The notes below the pieces were generated by a model. That model saw nothing but the letters and a program-made list of their open reading frames with translations. It was not told where the DNA came from and did not search any database. DNA of 40,635 nt from Myxococcota bacterium (lineage in GTDB: Bacteria > Myxococcota_A > Polyangia > Polyangiales > Sandaracinaceae), in NCBI GenBank assembly GCA_036149055.1, contig JAYZQJ010000070.1:1-40635 (forward strand), written 5' to 3'. The translations under genes and the position numbers were made by a program. This document shows positions 27,222 through 37,319 of this stretch, piece by piece (within the stretch, counting starts at the first letter, position 1; every line of letters begins with the position of its first letter).

Positions 27222-28145
27222 GTGGCCGTCTACACCGATCTGTCGCTCGAGGACGCCGACCGCCTGACCCGGGCCCACGGGCTCGGCCCCGCCCGGGCGG
27301 TCGAGGGCGTGCTCGCCGGGAGCGTGAACTCGAACTTCTTCGTCGAGGCCGACCGCCGCGTCTTCGCCCGCATCTACGAGGAGCAGGGCGAGGACGGGGT
27401 CGACTACGAGTGGGCCCTGCTCGCGCACCTGGAGGCGGCGGGGCTGCCGGTCCCGAGGCGGATCCGGGGCGCCGGGCCGGGGGAGCTCCGGGTGGCCGGC
27501 AAGCCGACCGCGCTCTTCGAGGTGCTCGGCGGCGAGGAGGTCTGCCAGGCGAGGGTGACCGAGGCCCGCGCCGAGGCGGTCGGGCGGCTGCTCGCCCGCT
27601 GCCACGCCGCGGCCGAGGGCTTCCCGCGCCGCCGGGAGGGCCGCTTCACCCGCGCCGACGTGCGCCGACGCCTCGAGGCGGACATCGCGCCGCTCGACCG
27701 CCCGGAGCTGCGCGAGGCGGTGACCACCCTGCGCGAGACCCTCGACGAGGTCGACCGCGCCTGGGACCCGAGCCTGCCCGGGGGCGTCATCCACGGCGAC
27801 CTCTTCCGCGACAACCTCCGCTGGGAGGGCGACGCGGTGGTCGGCGTGCTCGACTGGGAGAGCGCGAGCGACGGGCTCTTCGTCTACGACCTCGCGGTCA
27901 CCGAGCTGGCGTGGTGCTACGGCGACCGCCTCGAGCCCGGGCTGCTCGAGGCGATGGGCCGCGGCTACGCCTCGGTGCGGCCGCTGGAGCCGCGGGAGCG
28001 CGCCTTCGTCCGCACCGCGCGCCTCGCCGCCGCGGCCCGCTTCACGGTGACCCGCGTGACCGACTACCACCTGCGCGAGGGCAGCCAGCAGGTGAAGAAG
28101 GACTGGCGCCGGTTCTACGGCCGCCTCCTCGCCTGCCAGGCGTGA
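27222..28145 (+). CDS. thrB: Homoserine kinase type II (APH-like fold)
   Basis: N-terminal MAVYT, GSVNSNF, GVIHGDLFRDN, GVLDW and YDLAV. Confidence 0.88.
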   Translation: MAVYTDLSLEDADRLTRAHGLGPARAVEGVLAGSVNSNFFVEADRRVFARIYEEQGEDGVDYEWALLAHLEAAGLPVPRRIRGAGPGELRVAGKPTALFEVLGGEEVCQARVTEARAEAVGRLLARCHAAAEGFPRRREGRFTRADVRRRLEADIAPLDRPELREAVTTLRETLDEVDRAWDPSLPGGVIHGDLFRDNLRWEGDAVVGVLDWESASDGLFVYDLAVTELAWCYGDRLEPGLLEAMGRGYASVRPLEPRERAFVRTARLAAAARFTVTRVTDYHLREGSQQVKKDWRRFYGRLLACQA

Positions 28146-28163
28146 GGAGGCGGCGCCGTCCGT

Positions 28164-31100
28164 CTACTCCTCGTCGACGCCCATGTGGAACCACTCGTCG
28201 GGCTGGTCGGGCGTCTCGAGGAGCTCGCCGTTCGGGCCGTCTCGGCGGACCACGAAGGTCTGTCGGGAGATGGACTGGTCGTTCTCGCGCGCGACGACGA
28301 CGATGTAGTTCGTGCCGGGGCGGAGGCGGACCGCGGTGTCGAAGGTCGCCTCGCGCGGCGTGTCGCTGTCGCGGTTCGACTGGTAGAACGCCTTGCGGGC
28401 GCCGACGTAGATGTAGAGGTCGCGCAGGCGCGACTCGTCGCGGGCCGTGCCCTGGATGCGGAGCTGCTCGTCGCGGGTGACGAGGCTCGGCATCTCGATG
28501 GTCAGCTCCGGCGGGCGGTGGTTGAGGTCGTCCTCGACCCGCGCGCTCCGGCTGGCCCGGTCCTGGGTGACGTCGCTCGCGGCGACCCACACCGGGTGGT
28601 CCTCGGCGATCTGGACCCGGAGGTAGCCGTTGAGCTCGGCCTCGACCGGCACCGAGAGGGCGCCGCCGCGCACGTGGGAGACGACGTCCGCGCCCGACGC
28701 CGGCTGCTCGCGCAGGGCCGCGCCGTCGCCGAGGGTGACCCGGCCGCGTCGATCGGTGGGCGTGGGCCCGGCGTCGACGATCGGGATCTCGACCCGCTCG
28801 GTGAAGGCCTCGCGGAGATCGGTGTCGACCACCGAGACCTCGAGCTTGGCCGTGTCGCGGGAGAAGTCGGGCAGCACCTCGAAGGTGAAGGCGACCGTGC
28901 GGTCGTCGCCCGGCTGGATGTCGTCGATGCGGAAGCGGCCGGCGCGGAGCAGCACGCCCTCACCGCTGAGGTTTCGGAGGTTGGCCTGGGTCTCGTAGGT
29001 GCGGCCCTGGCCGGTGTTGCGGAGGTGCAGGTAGACGGTGGCCTGCTCGCCGCGCTGGATGCGGCCGTCGCCGTTGCCCTGGATGTTGTCGGCCACCTGG
29101 ACCTGGTAGCTGAAGCGCGGGCGGGGCAGGGCGCGGGTCTGGACCCGGACCTCGGCCGGCTCCGGCGCGTGGCCGTGGGCGTCCTCGAACTCGATGCGGA
29201 TGCCGTCCGCGCGGTCCGCGAGGTGGCGGGGCAGGGTGCAGGTGCGCCGCTCGTTCTCGGTCTGGCAGATGCCGAGGGTCGCGGTCCATTCGCGGGTCTC
29301 GCCCGGGTCGAGCCGGCCGAAGACCACCTCGCGGCCGTCGAAGAGGCGGTTGTCGCTCTTGGTCACCCCGCGGAGCTGGAAGAGCGGGCTCGAGCCCGTG
29401 TTGGTCACCCGGACCTGGAGCTCGAAGGGCTCGCCGGCGGTGGCGGTGTTGTCGGGGCGGCTGGTGCTGACGGCCACGTCGACCGTGGTCTCGCCCTGGT
29501 CGGTCCCCTCGGACCAGTCGACGCCGAGGCGGCGGAGCTCCTCGGCCGCGCGGCCCATCTCCTCGCGCCGCACCCGCTCGAGCACCGGCTGGGCGTCGGC
29601 GAGCATCTGGCGGCGGGAGGCGTGCTGGGCGCGGGAGAGCAGCAGGCGCGAGAAGCGCAGCAGGAACTCCTGCTCCTCCTCGTTCTCCTCGCGGTCCTCC
29701 GGGCTCGCCTCGCGGAGCCGCATGCGCACGTCGTTCGGCAGGTAGTAGCGGAGCACCTCGGCGGCGGCGTCGGCGTCGCGCGCCCGGTCGCTCGTGAGGT
29801 GGGCCGCCAGATCCGACTCGCGGATGTACTGCTGGTCGACGGCGAGGTCCATGTCCTCCCGGTCGACCGTCATCGGGTCGATGGCGATGTCCGGGGCGAT
29901 GCCCGTGCCCTGGATCGAGACGTCGCCGGGGGTCAGGTACTGCGCGATGGTGAGCTTGAGCGCCGAGCCGTCCTCGTAGTCGTAGAGGACCTGGACCGAG
30001 CCCTTGCCGAAGGTGCGCTGACCGACGATGAGCGCCCGGTCGTGGTTCTTGAGCGCGCCGGCGACGATCTCGGACGCCGAGGCGCTGCCGCCGTTGACCA
30101 GGACCACCATCGGGTAGCTGGGCTCGGTGCCCTCCTGGCGGGCGAACTTCTCGTCGCGCTGGGCGGGATCGTTGGACGAGGTCGTCACGATCGTGCCGCT
30201 CGGCAGGAAGCTGTCGGCGACGCGGACCGCCTGCTCGAGGAGGCCGCCCGGGTCGTCCCGGAGGTCGAGCACCAGGCCGCGGAGCCCCTCGCGGTGCAGC
30301 TGCGCGAGCGCGCGCCGCATGTCCTCGTGGGTGTTGCCCTGGAAGTTCTTGATCCGGATGTAGCCGATGCCGTCGCCGAGCATGCGCGACTCGATCGACT
30401 CGATGTGGATGACCGCGCGGGTGAGATCGAAGCGGCGGGGGCGAGTCCAGCCGCCCTGACCCTCGCGCACCACGAAGATCGAGACCTGGGAGCCCGGCGC
30501 GCCGCGGAGGCGGTTGACCGCCTCGCTCAGCGGCATGTTCATCGTGGACTCTTCGTTGATCATCACGATGCGGTCCATGCGCTGGAGCCCGGCGCGCCCG
30601 GCCGGCGTGCCTTCCATCGGCCGGATGATCGTCAGCTGCCCGTCGCGGATGGAGATCACGATGCCGAGGCCGCCGAACTCGCCCCGGGTGCTCATGCGCA
30701 TCTCTTCGTAGACGTCGGGCGTGAGCAGGACGGAGTGCGGATCGAGGGTGCGCAGCATCCCGTTGATCGCGGCGTACTCGACGTCGCGCAGCTCGATGTC
30801 CTCGCCGCGCAGGTTCTGCTGGAGGAACCCGAAGATCTCGCGGAACCGGAAGCTCAGCGCCCAGGGGCTGTCGACGTCGTCGACCCGGAAGCGGCGCTCC
30901 TGGTTGTCGACGTGCAGCGTCAGGTGGCTCTGGCCGTCCTCGTACTCGACCAGCACCGGGGCGACCTGCCGCTGCACCGCGTTCAGGCCGGCGAGCAGCA
31001 TGCGCCGCGGCTCGATCCGCTCGGGCTCCACGTAGTGGTTCTTCACGTGGAGGATCACGCGGTTCATCACCCGGAGCTCGGTGAGGTCGTAGGCCTCCTG

Positions 31101-31268
31101 CTCCCGGACCTCCTGCGCCCGCGCCGAGCCGTCGATGTTGAAATCGAGCCCGTTGCGCTCGTGCCAGGAGAAGGTCAGCGCGAAGGCGGCGGCGACCGCT
31201 CCCACCGCGAGGACCGGCTTCCACCACTGCGGGGGGCGCTTGGAGGGCGTACGAGGCTGTTCGTCCAT
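28164..31268 (-). CDS. Myxobacterial long C-terminal processing protease (PDZ + peptidase S41 + beta-sandwich extensions; MXAN_5808-like)
   Basis: N-terminal TM/signal; LDPHS; GEFGGLGI (PDZ); GYIRIKNF; LDLRDDPGG; catalytic SASASEIVAGAL and TFGKGSVQ; DN..GNGDG Ig-like tail. Confidence 0.92.
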   Translation of the reverse strand: MDEQPRTPSKRPPQWWKPVLAVGAVAAAFALTFSWHERNGLDFNIDGSARAQEVREQEAYDLTELRVMNRVILHVKNHYVEPERIEPRRMLLAGLNAVQRQVAPVLVEYEDGQSHLTLHVDNQERRFRVDDVDSPWALSFRFREIFGFLQQNLRGEDIELRDVEYAAINGMLRTLDPHSVLLTPDVYEEMRMSTRGEFGGLGIVISIRDGQLTIIRPMEGTPAGRAGLQRMDRIVMINEESTMNMPLSEAVNRLRGAPGSQVSIFVVREGQGGWTRPRRFDLTRAVIHIESIESRMLGDGIGYIRIKNFQGNTHEDMRRALAQLHREGLRGLVLDLRDDPGGLLEQAVRVADSFLPSGTIVTTSSNDPAQRDEKFARQEGTEPSYPMVVLVNGGSASASEIVAGALKNHDRALIVGQRTFGKGSVQVLYDYEDGSALKLTIAQYLTPGDVSIQGTGIAPDIAIDPMTVDREDMDLAVDQQYIRESDLAAHLTSDRARDADAAAEVLRYYLPNDVRMRLREASPEDREENEEEQEFLLRFSRLLLSRAQHASRRQMLADAQPVLERVRREEMGRAAEELRRLGVDWSEGTDQGETTVDVAVSTSRPDNTATAGEPFELQVRVTNTGSSPLFQLRGVTKSDNRLFDGREVVFGRLDPGETREWTATLGICQTENERRTCTLPRHLADRADGIRIEFEDAHGHAPEPAEVRVQTRALPRPRFSYQVQVADNIQGNGDGRIQRGEQATVYLHLRNTGQGRTYETQANLRNLSGEGVLLRAGRFRIDDIQPGDDRTVAFTFEVLPDFSRDTAKLEVSVVDTDLREAFTERVEIPIVDAGPTPTDRRGRVTLGDGAALREQPASGADVVSHVRGGALSVPVEAELNGYLRVQIAEDHPVWVAASDVTQDRASRSARVEDDLNHRPPELTIEMPSLVTRDEQLRIQGTARDESRLRDLYIYVGARKAFYQSNRDSDTPREATFDTAVRLRPGTNYIVVVARENDQSISRQTFVVRRDGPNGELLETPDQPDEWFHMGVDEE

Positions 31269-31411
31269 GAAATTCGGGCTCGATTCCGTCTCTTCGAGGG
31301 GGGCTCGGTACCGGCGCAGTATAGGTGCGGGCCTCAGACCCCGCTATCGTTCCTTTCCCTTGCCGGCCCGTGGCGTTAGGACGCGTGAGGGGCCGCTTCG
31401 GTTCCCTCCTC

Positions 31412-33112
31412 ATGAGCCGAGATCTCGACGACGAGAGCGCGCAGTTCCGCCCCAACATCCGCCCGTTCCTGATCGCGGCCGCGGTCAACGTGGCGCTGGG
31501 CGCGGTGCTGCTCGGCATCCCCTACTCGCGGGGCCCGGATCGCGCCGAGGCGGTGCCCGGCCGCTTCGCCGCCTTCTCCGCCTGCCTCTTCGACGGGGAG
31601 GCGCTCGACGATCCCGGGCTCGGGCTGCCGAGCGGGGAGCGCGCGCGATACGCGTCGCTGGTGATCCGGGGCCCGGCGGACTGGCCGGCGCGCTGCCTGC
31701 CCGCGCTCGACGCGTTGCCCCCCGAGGAGTCCCGCTTCCTCTTCCCCAACGTGAAGAACGCGGAGGCGGAGCTGCGGGCCGCGGTGGGGCTGACCCGCCG
31801 GGAGCTCGAGGCGCTCGCCCGGGCCCGGGGCGACGGCGAGGTCTCGGTGCCGGACCGCCCGATGCGCGCGCTCCAGCAGCTCCGCGGGGCCCTCGCCGAG
31901 CTCGGCCTGGTCACCGGGGTGGAGCGCCTGAGCGCCGACCACGACGCGATCCGGTTCGCGCCCGCCGAGGTGCCGACGCCCTCGCTAATCCCGCTCCGGG
32001 TGTCGCTCCAGGGGGAGTGGGCGCTGACGATGCGGGAGGGCGCGCTCCTCGCCGGCGCGATCGACGACGGGCGCGTCTCGCACGTGCGGGTGGCCGAGGG
32101 CGGCGTCGACCTCCGCTACACCCGCCGGCCGCGGAGCGTGCGCGGCATGCAGACCGACGCCGCGCCGCCCTGGGCCTTCTGGACGACCCCGGAGGCGCAG
32201 TGCGACGAGGACCGCTGCGTGCACCGGGCGACCGGGGTCGGCGCCTTCCTCGAGGCCCGGCAGGATCTGGAGCCGATGTTCTGGCTCCAGGGGCACCCGG
32301 CGTCGGTGCCGGGCGGGATCTTCGTCACCGGGCGCACCGCCTGGATCGCGGCGGTCGCCGAGGAGGGCCACGCGCTGCGCCGCTTCACGCTGCCCGAGCC
32401 GACGGTGCGCGCGATCGGCGAGGAGCGCGAGCCGCCGCAGATCGCGGCCGAGCTCGAGCACCCGTTCACGCTGCCCGAGCGTCCGACGCTGCGCTGGACC
32501 GAGGACGCGCTCGTCTGGGCGGCGGACGGGGAGGGCGGCCGGATCGGCTTCGACGGCGCGGTCTCCACCTTCGAGGGGCCGCCCGGGCGACCTCGCCTCG
32601 CGACCTGCGGCGGCTGGATCGCGATCGGCACCGCGCGTGGCCTCGCGATGCGCGCCCCGAGCGGCGCCACGGTCTCGGTGGACGGAGCGCTCCGGCCGCC
32701 GGGGCCGCGCTCGCTCCGGATCGCGTGTGACGCGGGCGGGGCCGAGCTCTGGTGGCTCCAGGACGGCGCGCTGCGCAGCGCGCGCTGCGACGGCGACGGC
32801 TGCGCTCCGGCCGAGGCCCCCCGCGGCGCCGCCCGGGCCTTCGACGTGATCCGCTTCCGCGGCGCGACGGTGGTCGCCTGGGCCGCCCACCCCGAGACCG
32901 GCCCGGTGCGCCTCGCGCGGATCGCGGACGAGACGACCACGTCGGTGCCCGCGCCGTGCTGGACCGACCCCGCCGAGGGCCTCTGCGGCGAGCCCCGCCT
33001 CGCGACCGACGGCGAGACGGTGGCGCTGGTCGCGCGCCAGGAGGACGACCTCCGGGTGCTGGGGAGCGACGACGCAGTGAGCTGGCGCCCCCTCGCCGGC
33101 CTCGGACGCTGA
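31412..33112 (+). CDS. Membrane-anchored hypothetical protein with a Cys-containing beta-rich extracytoplasmic region
   Basis: ATG 31412; one N-terminal TM (FLIAAAVNVALGAVLLGIPY); paired cysteines; GC3-rich coding pattern. Confidence 0.7.
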   Translation: MSRDLDDESAQFRPNIRPFLIAAAVNVALGAVLLGIPYSRGPDRAEAVPGRFAAFSACLFDGEALDDPGLGLPSGERARYASLVIRGPADWPARCLPALDALPPEESRFLFPNVKNAEAELRAAVGLTRRELEALARARGDGEVSVPDRPMRALQQLRGALAELGLVTGVERLSADHDAIRFAPAEVPTPSLIPLRVSLQGEWALTMREGALLAGAIDDGRVSHVRVAEGGVDLRYTRRPRSVRGMQTDAAPPWAFWTTPEAQCDEDRCVHRATGVGAFLEARQDLEPMFWLQGHPASVPGGIFVTGRTAWIAAVAEEGHALRRFTLPEPTVRAIGEEREPPQIAAELEHPFTLPERPTLRWTEDALVWAADGEGGRIGFDGAVSTFEGPPGRPRLATCGGWIAIGTARGLAMRAPSGATVSVDGALRPPGPRSLRIACDAGGAELWWLQDGALRSARCDGDGCAPAEAPRGAARAFDVIRFRGATVVAWAAHPETGPVRLARIADETTTSVPAPCWTDPAEGLCGEPRLATDGETVALVARQEDDLRVLGSDDAVSWRPLAGLGR

Positions 33113-33113
33113 C

Positions 33114-34064
33114 CTACTTGCGGCGCAGCTCGACGAGGCCGGGGCCGGGGGCCTCGGGCTGGATGGTGGCGTGCTGCACGCCGTGGAGTCCGAGCCGGAC
33201 GCCCACCAGGCGGGCCACGTCCGTGCCGTGCGCGCCCGGCCGCAGGATCACGTGGGCGCTGAGCAGGACCTCGCCGGGCACGAGCGACCAGACGTGCAGG
33301 TCGTGGACCTCGTCGACGCCCTCGGTGCCGAGGATGGTCGCCTCGAGATCCTCGACGTCGACGCCGCGGGGCGCTCCCTCCATGAGCACGTGCGCGGTGT
33401 CCTTCAAGAGCCGCCAGGCGCCGGCGAGGATGAAGACGGCGATGAGCAGCGAGGCGATGGGATCGGCGATCGTCCAGCCGAAGCCGAGGATGAGCCCGCC
33501 CGCGATCACCGCGGCCATCGAGCCGAGGGCGTCGCTGAGCACGTGGAAGAGGGCCGCCTTCACGTTGATGGAGTCGCCGCCGTGGCGGGTGAGGATCCAG
33601 GCGCTGCCGAGGTTGACCATGAGGCCGAGGGCGGCGGTCAGCAGCATGCCGATGCCGCGGACCTCGGTCGGCGCGCCGATGCGCTCGACGCCCTCGACGA
33701 CGATGAGCACGCCGGCGACGCCGAGCGCCACCGCGTTGACGAAGGCGCCCATCACCTCGGCGCGCCGGTAGCCGAAGGTGTGCTTGGTGGTCCTCGGCCG
33801 GGCCGCGATCCAGGTGACGAAGAGCGAGAGCCCGAGGGCCGCCGCGTCGTTGAGCATGTGGCCGGCGTCGGCGAGGAGCGCGAGGCTGCCCGACCAGAGG
33901 CCCACCGCGACCTCGACGAACATGAAGGACGCGGTCAGCACCAGCGCGCCCAGCAGCGCCCGGCGAGGCGCGGACTGCCCGTGGTCGTGCGCGTGGCCCC
34001 CATGCGAGTGGGCGTGGTCGTGCGAATGACCGTGCGCGTGACCGTGGGCGTGGGCGTGTCCCAT
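33114..34064 (-). CDS. Cation diffusion facilitator (CzcD/ZitB-like Zn/Co/Cd exporter)
   Basis: His-rich N-terminus; SLALLADAGHMLND (HxxxD), TFGYRRAE, HVLSD and VHDLHVWSL. Confidence 0.95.
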   Translation of the reverse strand: MGHAHAHGHAHGHSHDHAHSHGGHAHDHGQSAPRRALLGALVLTASFMFVEVAVGLWSGSLALLADAGHMLNDAAALGLSLFVTWIAARPRTTKHTFGYRRAEVMGAFVNAVALGVAGVLIVVEGVERIGAPTEVRGIGMLLTAALGLMVNLGSAWILTRHGGDSINVKAALFHVLSDALGSMAAVIAGGLILGFGWTIADPIASLLIAVFILAGAWRLLKDTAHVLMEGAPRGVDVEDLEATILGTEGVDEVHDLHVWSLVPGEVLLSAHVILRPGAHGTDVARLVGVRLGLHGVQHATIQPEAPGPGLVELRRK

Positions 34065-34143
34065 CGGCCTTCAATATGGGTCCCGAACCCCCCGCGTCAC
34101 AATCCCGGGCCTCGGGCACCGCAGCGTGTAGACTCCGCGCATC

Positions 34144-36789
34144 ATGAGCACGGACCTTGGGGGCGAGGCCACGCAGATCTCGATGTCGATGCCGCTTCCG
34201 CGCGCGCCGCTGATCGGCCGCGAGCGCGAGATGGAGGAGCTCGAGGCGACCTGGCGGCTGGTGGTGCGCGAGCGCTCGCCCCGGATCGTCACGATCCTGG
34301 GCGGCGCGGGCATGGGCAAGGGCCGCATGGTCGCCGAGCTGCTGAGCCGCTGCGCGCCGGTGGAGGGCACGCGCGCCTTCCGCGGGATCGCGCACCAGGG
34401 CGGCCCGGCCCACGGCGTGATCCAGCGCATCCTCCGCGAGCGCTTCGAGCTGTCCGACCAGATGGACGAGGTCGAGGCGCGCGAGCAGCTGCGCGAGCAG
34501 GTCACCACGCTCCTCGACGACCGCCGGGTGACCGAGTTCCTGCACTTCCTCGGCGCGTACCTCGACGTGACCTTCCCCGAGTCGCCGTTCACCAAGGCGC
34601 TCGAGGCGGACGAGGAGCAGCTCGGCCGGATCTCGCGGGCGGTGCTGCGGCGCTTCCTCGAGGCCGACGCGGGCGCGGGCCCGATGATCCTCACCTTCGA
34701 GCAGCTCCACGGGGCCGACGACGAGACCCTGGATCTCGTGCGCTACCTCTCGGAGAGCGTGACCGACGCGCCGATCCTGTTCGTGGTCAGCGCGCGCCCG
34801 GAGCTGCTCACCCGCCGCCCCGACTGGACCGAGGGGGCGCGGCATCGGCGCTTCGAGCTCGCGCCGCTGACCGGGGAGGACGCCGCGGCGATGGTCCGGG
34901 CGCTGCTCACGCCGGTGAAGAGCCCGCCGTCCGAGCTGGTGGAGGCCGCGGTCGACATGGCCGGCGGCTCTCCGTACCTGCTCGAGCAGATGGTGCGCAC
35001 CTTCCTCTCCAGCGGCACGCTGGTGCCCCAGCCCGACGGCAGCTGGGAGGTCCACCTCGAGAAGCTCGACGACGCGCAGCTCCCGCTCTCGGTCGACGAC
35101 GCCATCGCCGCCCGCATCGCCTCGATGGGCCCGTCCGAGCGGCAGCTGCTCGAGAAGGCGGCGGCGATGGGCGGGGTCTTCTGGCTCGGCGCGCTCGTCT
35201 CGCTCGGGCGGCTGGCCCGGGAGGCGCCGGAGATGTGGGGCGGCGCCGAGGACCTCGCGGCGCACTACCGGGATCTGCTGAAGCAGCTCGAGGATCGCGA
35301 CTACGTGATGCGCTTCTCCGACTCGTCGATCCCCGGCGAGGAGGAGTACGCGTTCAAGCACAACCTCGAGCGCGACGCGCTCTACCGGCTGATCAACGCG
35401 GCCGACGCGAAGCGCTACCACCGCGCGGTGGCCGAGTGGCTGGAGCTGCGGCTGCCCGACCGCGGCGAGGAGGCGAGCGAGCTGCTCGGCGGCCACTACG
35501 AGCGGGGCGGCTCGGAGCTGCAGGCCGCCTACTACTACCTCGCGGCCGGCGACCGGGCGCGCGAGCGCTACGCGAACGCCAAGGCGGCGGACTTCTACGA
35601 GAAGGGCCTGGCTCTCCTCGGCGACGCCGACGTGGTCCGCCAGCTCGACGCCCATCATCACCACGGCGACGTGCTCCAGCTCCTCGGGCGCAACGAGGAG
35701 GCGCTGCTCGCCTTCCGCAAGATGCTCTCGCTCGCCTACCGCCTCGACAGCAAGCCCAAGGGCGGCGCCGCGCACAACCGCATCGGGCGCGTCTTCCGGG
35801 CGATCGGGCAGCTCGAGGAGGCGATGCGCAACCTGGGCACCGGCCACGCGCTCTTCGACGCGGCCGAGGACACCCGCGGGGTCGCCTCGAGCCTCGACGA
35901 CGTCGGCAAGGTGCACTGGATGCGTGGCGCCTACGAGCCGGCCGAGCGCTTCATGCGGCGCAGCCTGGAGCTCCGCCGCGAGGTGCGCGACCGCCGCTCG
36001 ATCGCGCTCAGCCTGAACAACCTCGGCCTGGTCTACCAGGACAGCGGCCGCTTCGACGCGGCCCTCGAGGCGTTCCAGGAGGCGCTGCAGATCCGGCGCG
36101 AGATCGGCGACGCCCCGGGCATGGCCCAGACGCTCAACAACCTGGGCACCATCCACCAGGACAACGACGAGCACCAGAAGGCGAGCGCCCGCTGGAACGA
36201 GGCGCTCGAGTACGCCCGCCGCGTCGGCGACCGCATGCGCGAGGCGGTGATCCTCACGAACCTGGGCGAGTCGAGCTACCGCCAGGGCAAGCCGGAGGAG
36301 GCCATCGCGGTGCTCCAGGAGGCGGAGCGGATCAGCGCGACCCTCGGCGACCGCATCCTCGAGGCGGAGATCCTCCGCGGCCTCGCCAAGAGCCACATGT
36401 TCCTCCAGGACCACGCGGCGGCGCACGCCTACATCACCCGCTCGGTCTCGCTCTTCGAGCAGGCGCGCAGCAAGCCGTTCCTCGGCACGGCGCTGCGGAC
36501 CCTCGCCGAGGTCGAGGCCTCCCGCGGCGCCGAGGGCCACCTCGACGCCGACAAGGCGTACCGCCAGTCGATGGCCATCTTCGAGGAGCTCGGCAACGAG
36601 GTGGAGCTCGCCAAGACCTGCGAGCGCTTCGCCGCCTTCCTCGAGCGCATCGCCCCGAACGACGCCGAGAAGGCGGCCGAGGCCCGCGAGCTCAAGGACC
36701 GCGCCCTCGAGGTCCACGGCAAGCAGCTCGCCTCCGAGACCTACGCCCTGCCTCCCCTCGAAGGCGAGAGCACCAACCCCGGCGCTTGA
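34144..36789 (+). CDS. STAND-like ATP-binding protein with TPR sensor region and no N-terminal effector domain
   Basis: LIGREREM, GGAGMGKGR, AGGSPYLLEQ and YAFKHNL; TPRs SLNNLGLVYQDSG, TLNNLGTIHQ and ILTNLGE. Confidence 0.88.
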   Translation: MSTDLGGEATQISMSMPLPRAPLIGREREMEELEATWRLVVRERSPRIVTILGGAGMGKGRMVAELLSRCAPVEGTRAFRGIAHQGGPAHGVIQRILRERFELSDQMDEVEAREQLREQVTTLLDDRRVTEFLHFLGAYLDVTFPESPFTKALEADEEQLGRISRAVLRRFLEADAGAGPMILTFEQLHGADDETLDLVRYLSESVTDAPILFVVSARPELLTRRPDWTEGARHRRFELAPLTGEDAAAMVRALLTPVKSPPSELVEAAVDMAGGSPYLLEQMVRTFLSSGTLVPQPDGSWEVHLEKLDDAQLPLSVDDAIAARIASMGPSERQLLEKAAAMGGVFWLGALVSLGRLAREAPEMWGGAEDLAAHYRDLLKQLEDRDYVMRFSDSSIPGEEEYAFKHNLERDALYRLINAADAKRYHRAVAEWLELRLPDRGEEASELLGGHYERGGSELQAAYYYLAAGDRARERYANAKAADFYEKGLALLGDADVVRQLDAHHHHGDVLQLLGRNEEALLAFRKMLSLAYRLDSKPKGGAAHNRIGRVFRAIGQLEEAMRNLGTGHALFDAAEDTRGVASSLDDVGKVHWMRGAYEPAERFMRRSLELRREVRDRRSIALSLNNLGLVYQDSGRFDAALEAFQEALQIRREIGDAPGMAQTLNNLGTIHQDNDEHQKASARWNEALEYARRVGDRMREAVILTNLGESSYRQGKPEEAIAVLQEAERISATLGDRILEAEILRGLAKSHMFLQDHAAAHAYITRSVSLFEQARSKPFLGTALRTLAEVEASRGAEGHLDADKAYRQSMAIFEELGNEVELAKTCERFAAFLERIAPNDAEKAAEARELKDRALEVHGKQLASETYALPPLEGESTNPGA

Positions 36790-36887
36790 TCCTTCGCCCC
36801 TCGCCCTCGGAATGGCGGTCCTGTTGGGCGACGCAATTCAGGGGAGGAGGGAGGCGAGGAGGAACAGCTTGCAAGCCGGCTGTCCTC

Positions 36888-37277
36888 GCGGACGCCCCCG
36901 ACGACATCTGTCTCTCGCAGAGATGGGGGGTGGCCGCGAGATGGCAGCTCGCCGGCTCTCGGCGGGTCGACGTCGTTCGTGAGGACGCTTCGGGAGCGAA
37001 ATTACTCGCGCAAAGCCGCCAAGACGCGAAGAGGGCCGGGGGGCCGCGGGATGGCGGCTGGCCACGGCTTGGCGGACGCCTCGGCGACAAATTGTCTCTC
37101 GCAGAGGCGCAGAGGCGCAGAGATGGGCGGGGTGGCCGCGGGATGGGGGCTCGCCGGCTCTCGGCGTGTCGACGACGTTCTCGATGGACGCCCTGGGGGG
37201 CGAATTGGCTCTCGCAAAGCCGCCAAGCCGCAAAGGGGTTGGCCGGCCGCGGGATGGCGACCGGCCACGGCTTGGCG
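36888..37277. repeat. Two diverged direct repeats of ~185-205 bp containing CGCAGAGG and CGCAAAGC short-repeat cores
   Basis: Copies at 36888-37071 and 37072-37277 share GCGGACGCC, TGTCTCTCGCAGAG, GCTCGCCGGCTCTCGGCG, CGCAAAGCCGCCAAG and GGCCACGGCTTGGCG. Confidence 0.85.
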
Positions 37278-37319
37278 CTCTGGTGTCGTGCTGAGCGCGA
37301 TTCCGCGGGGTCGAGGGAC

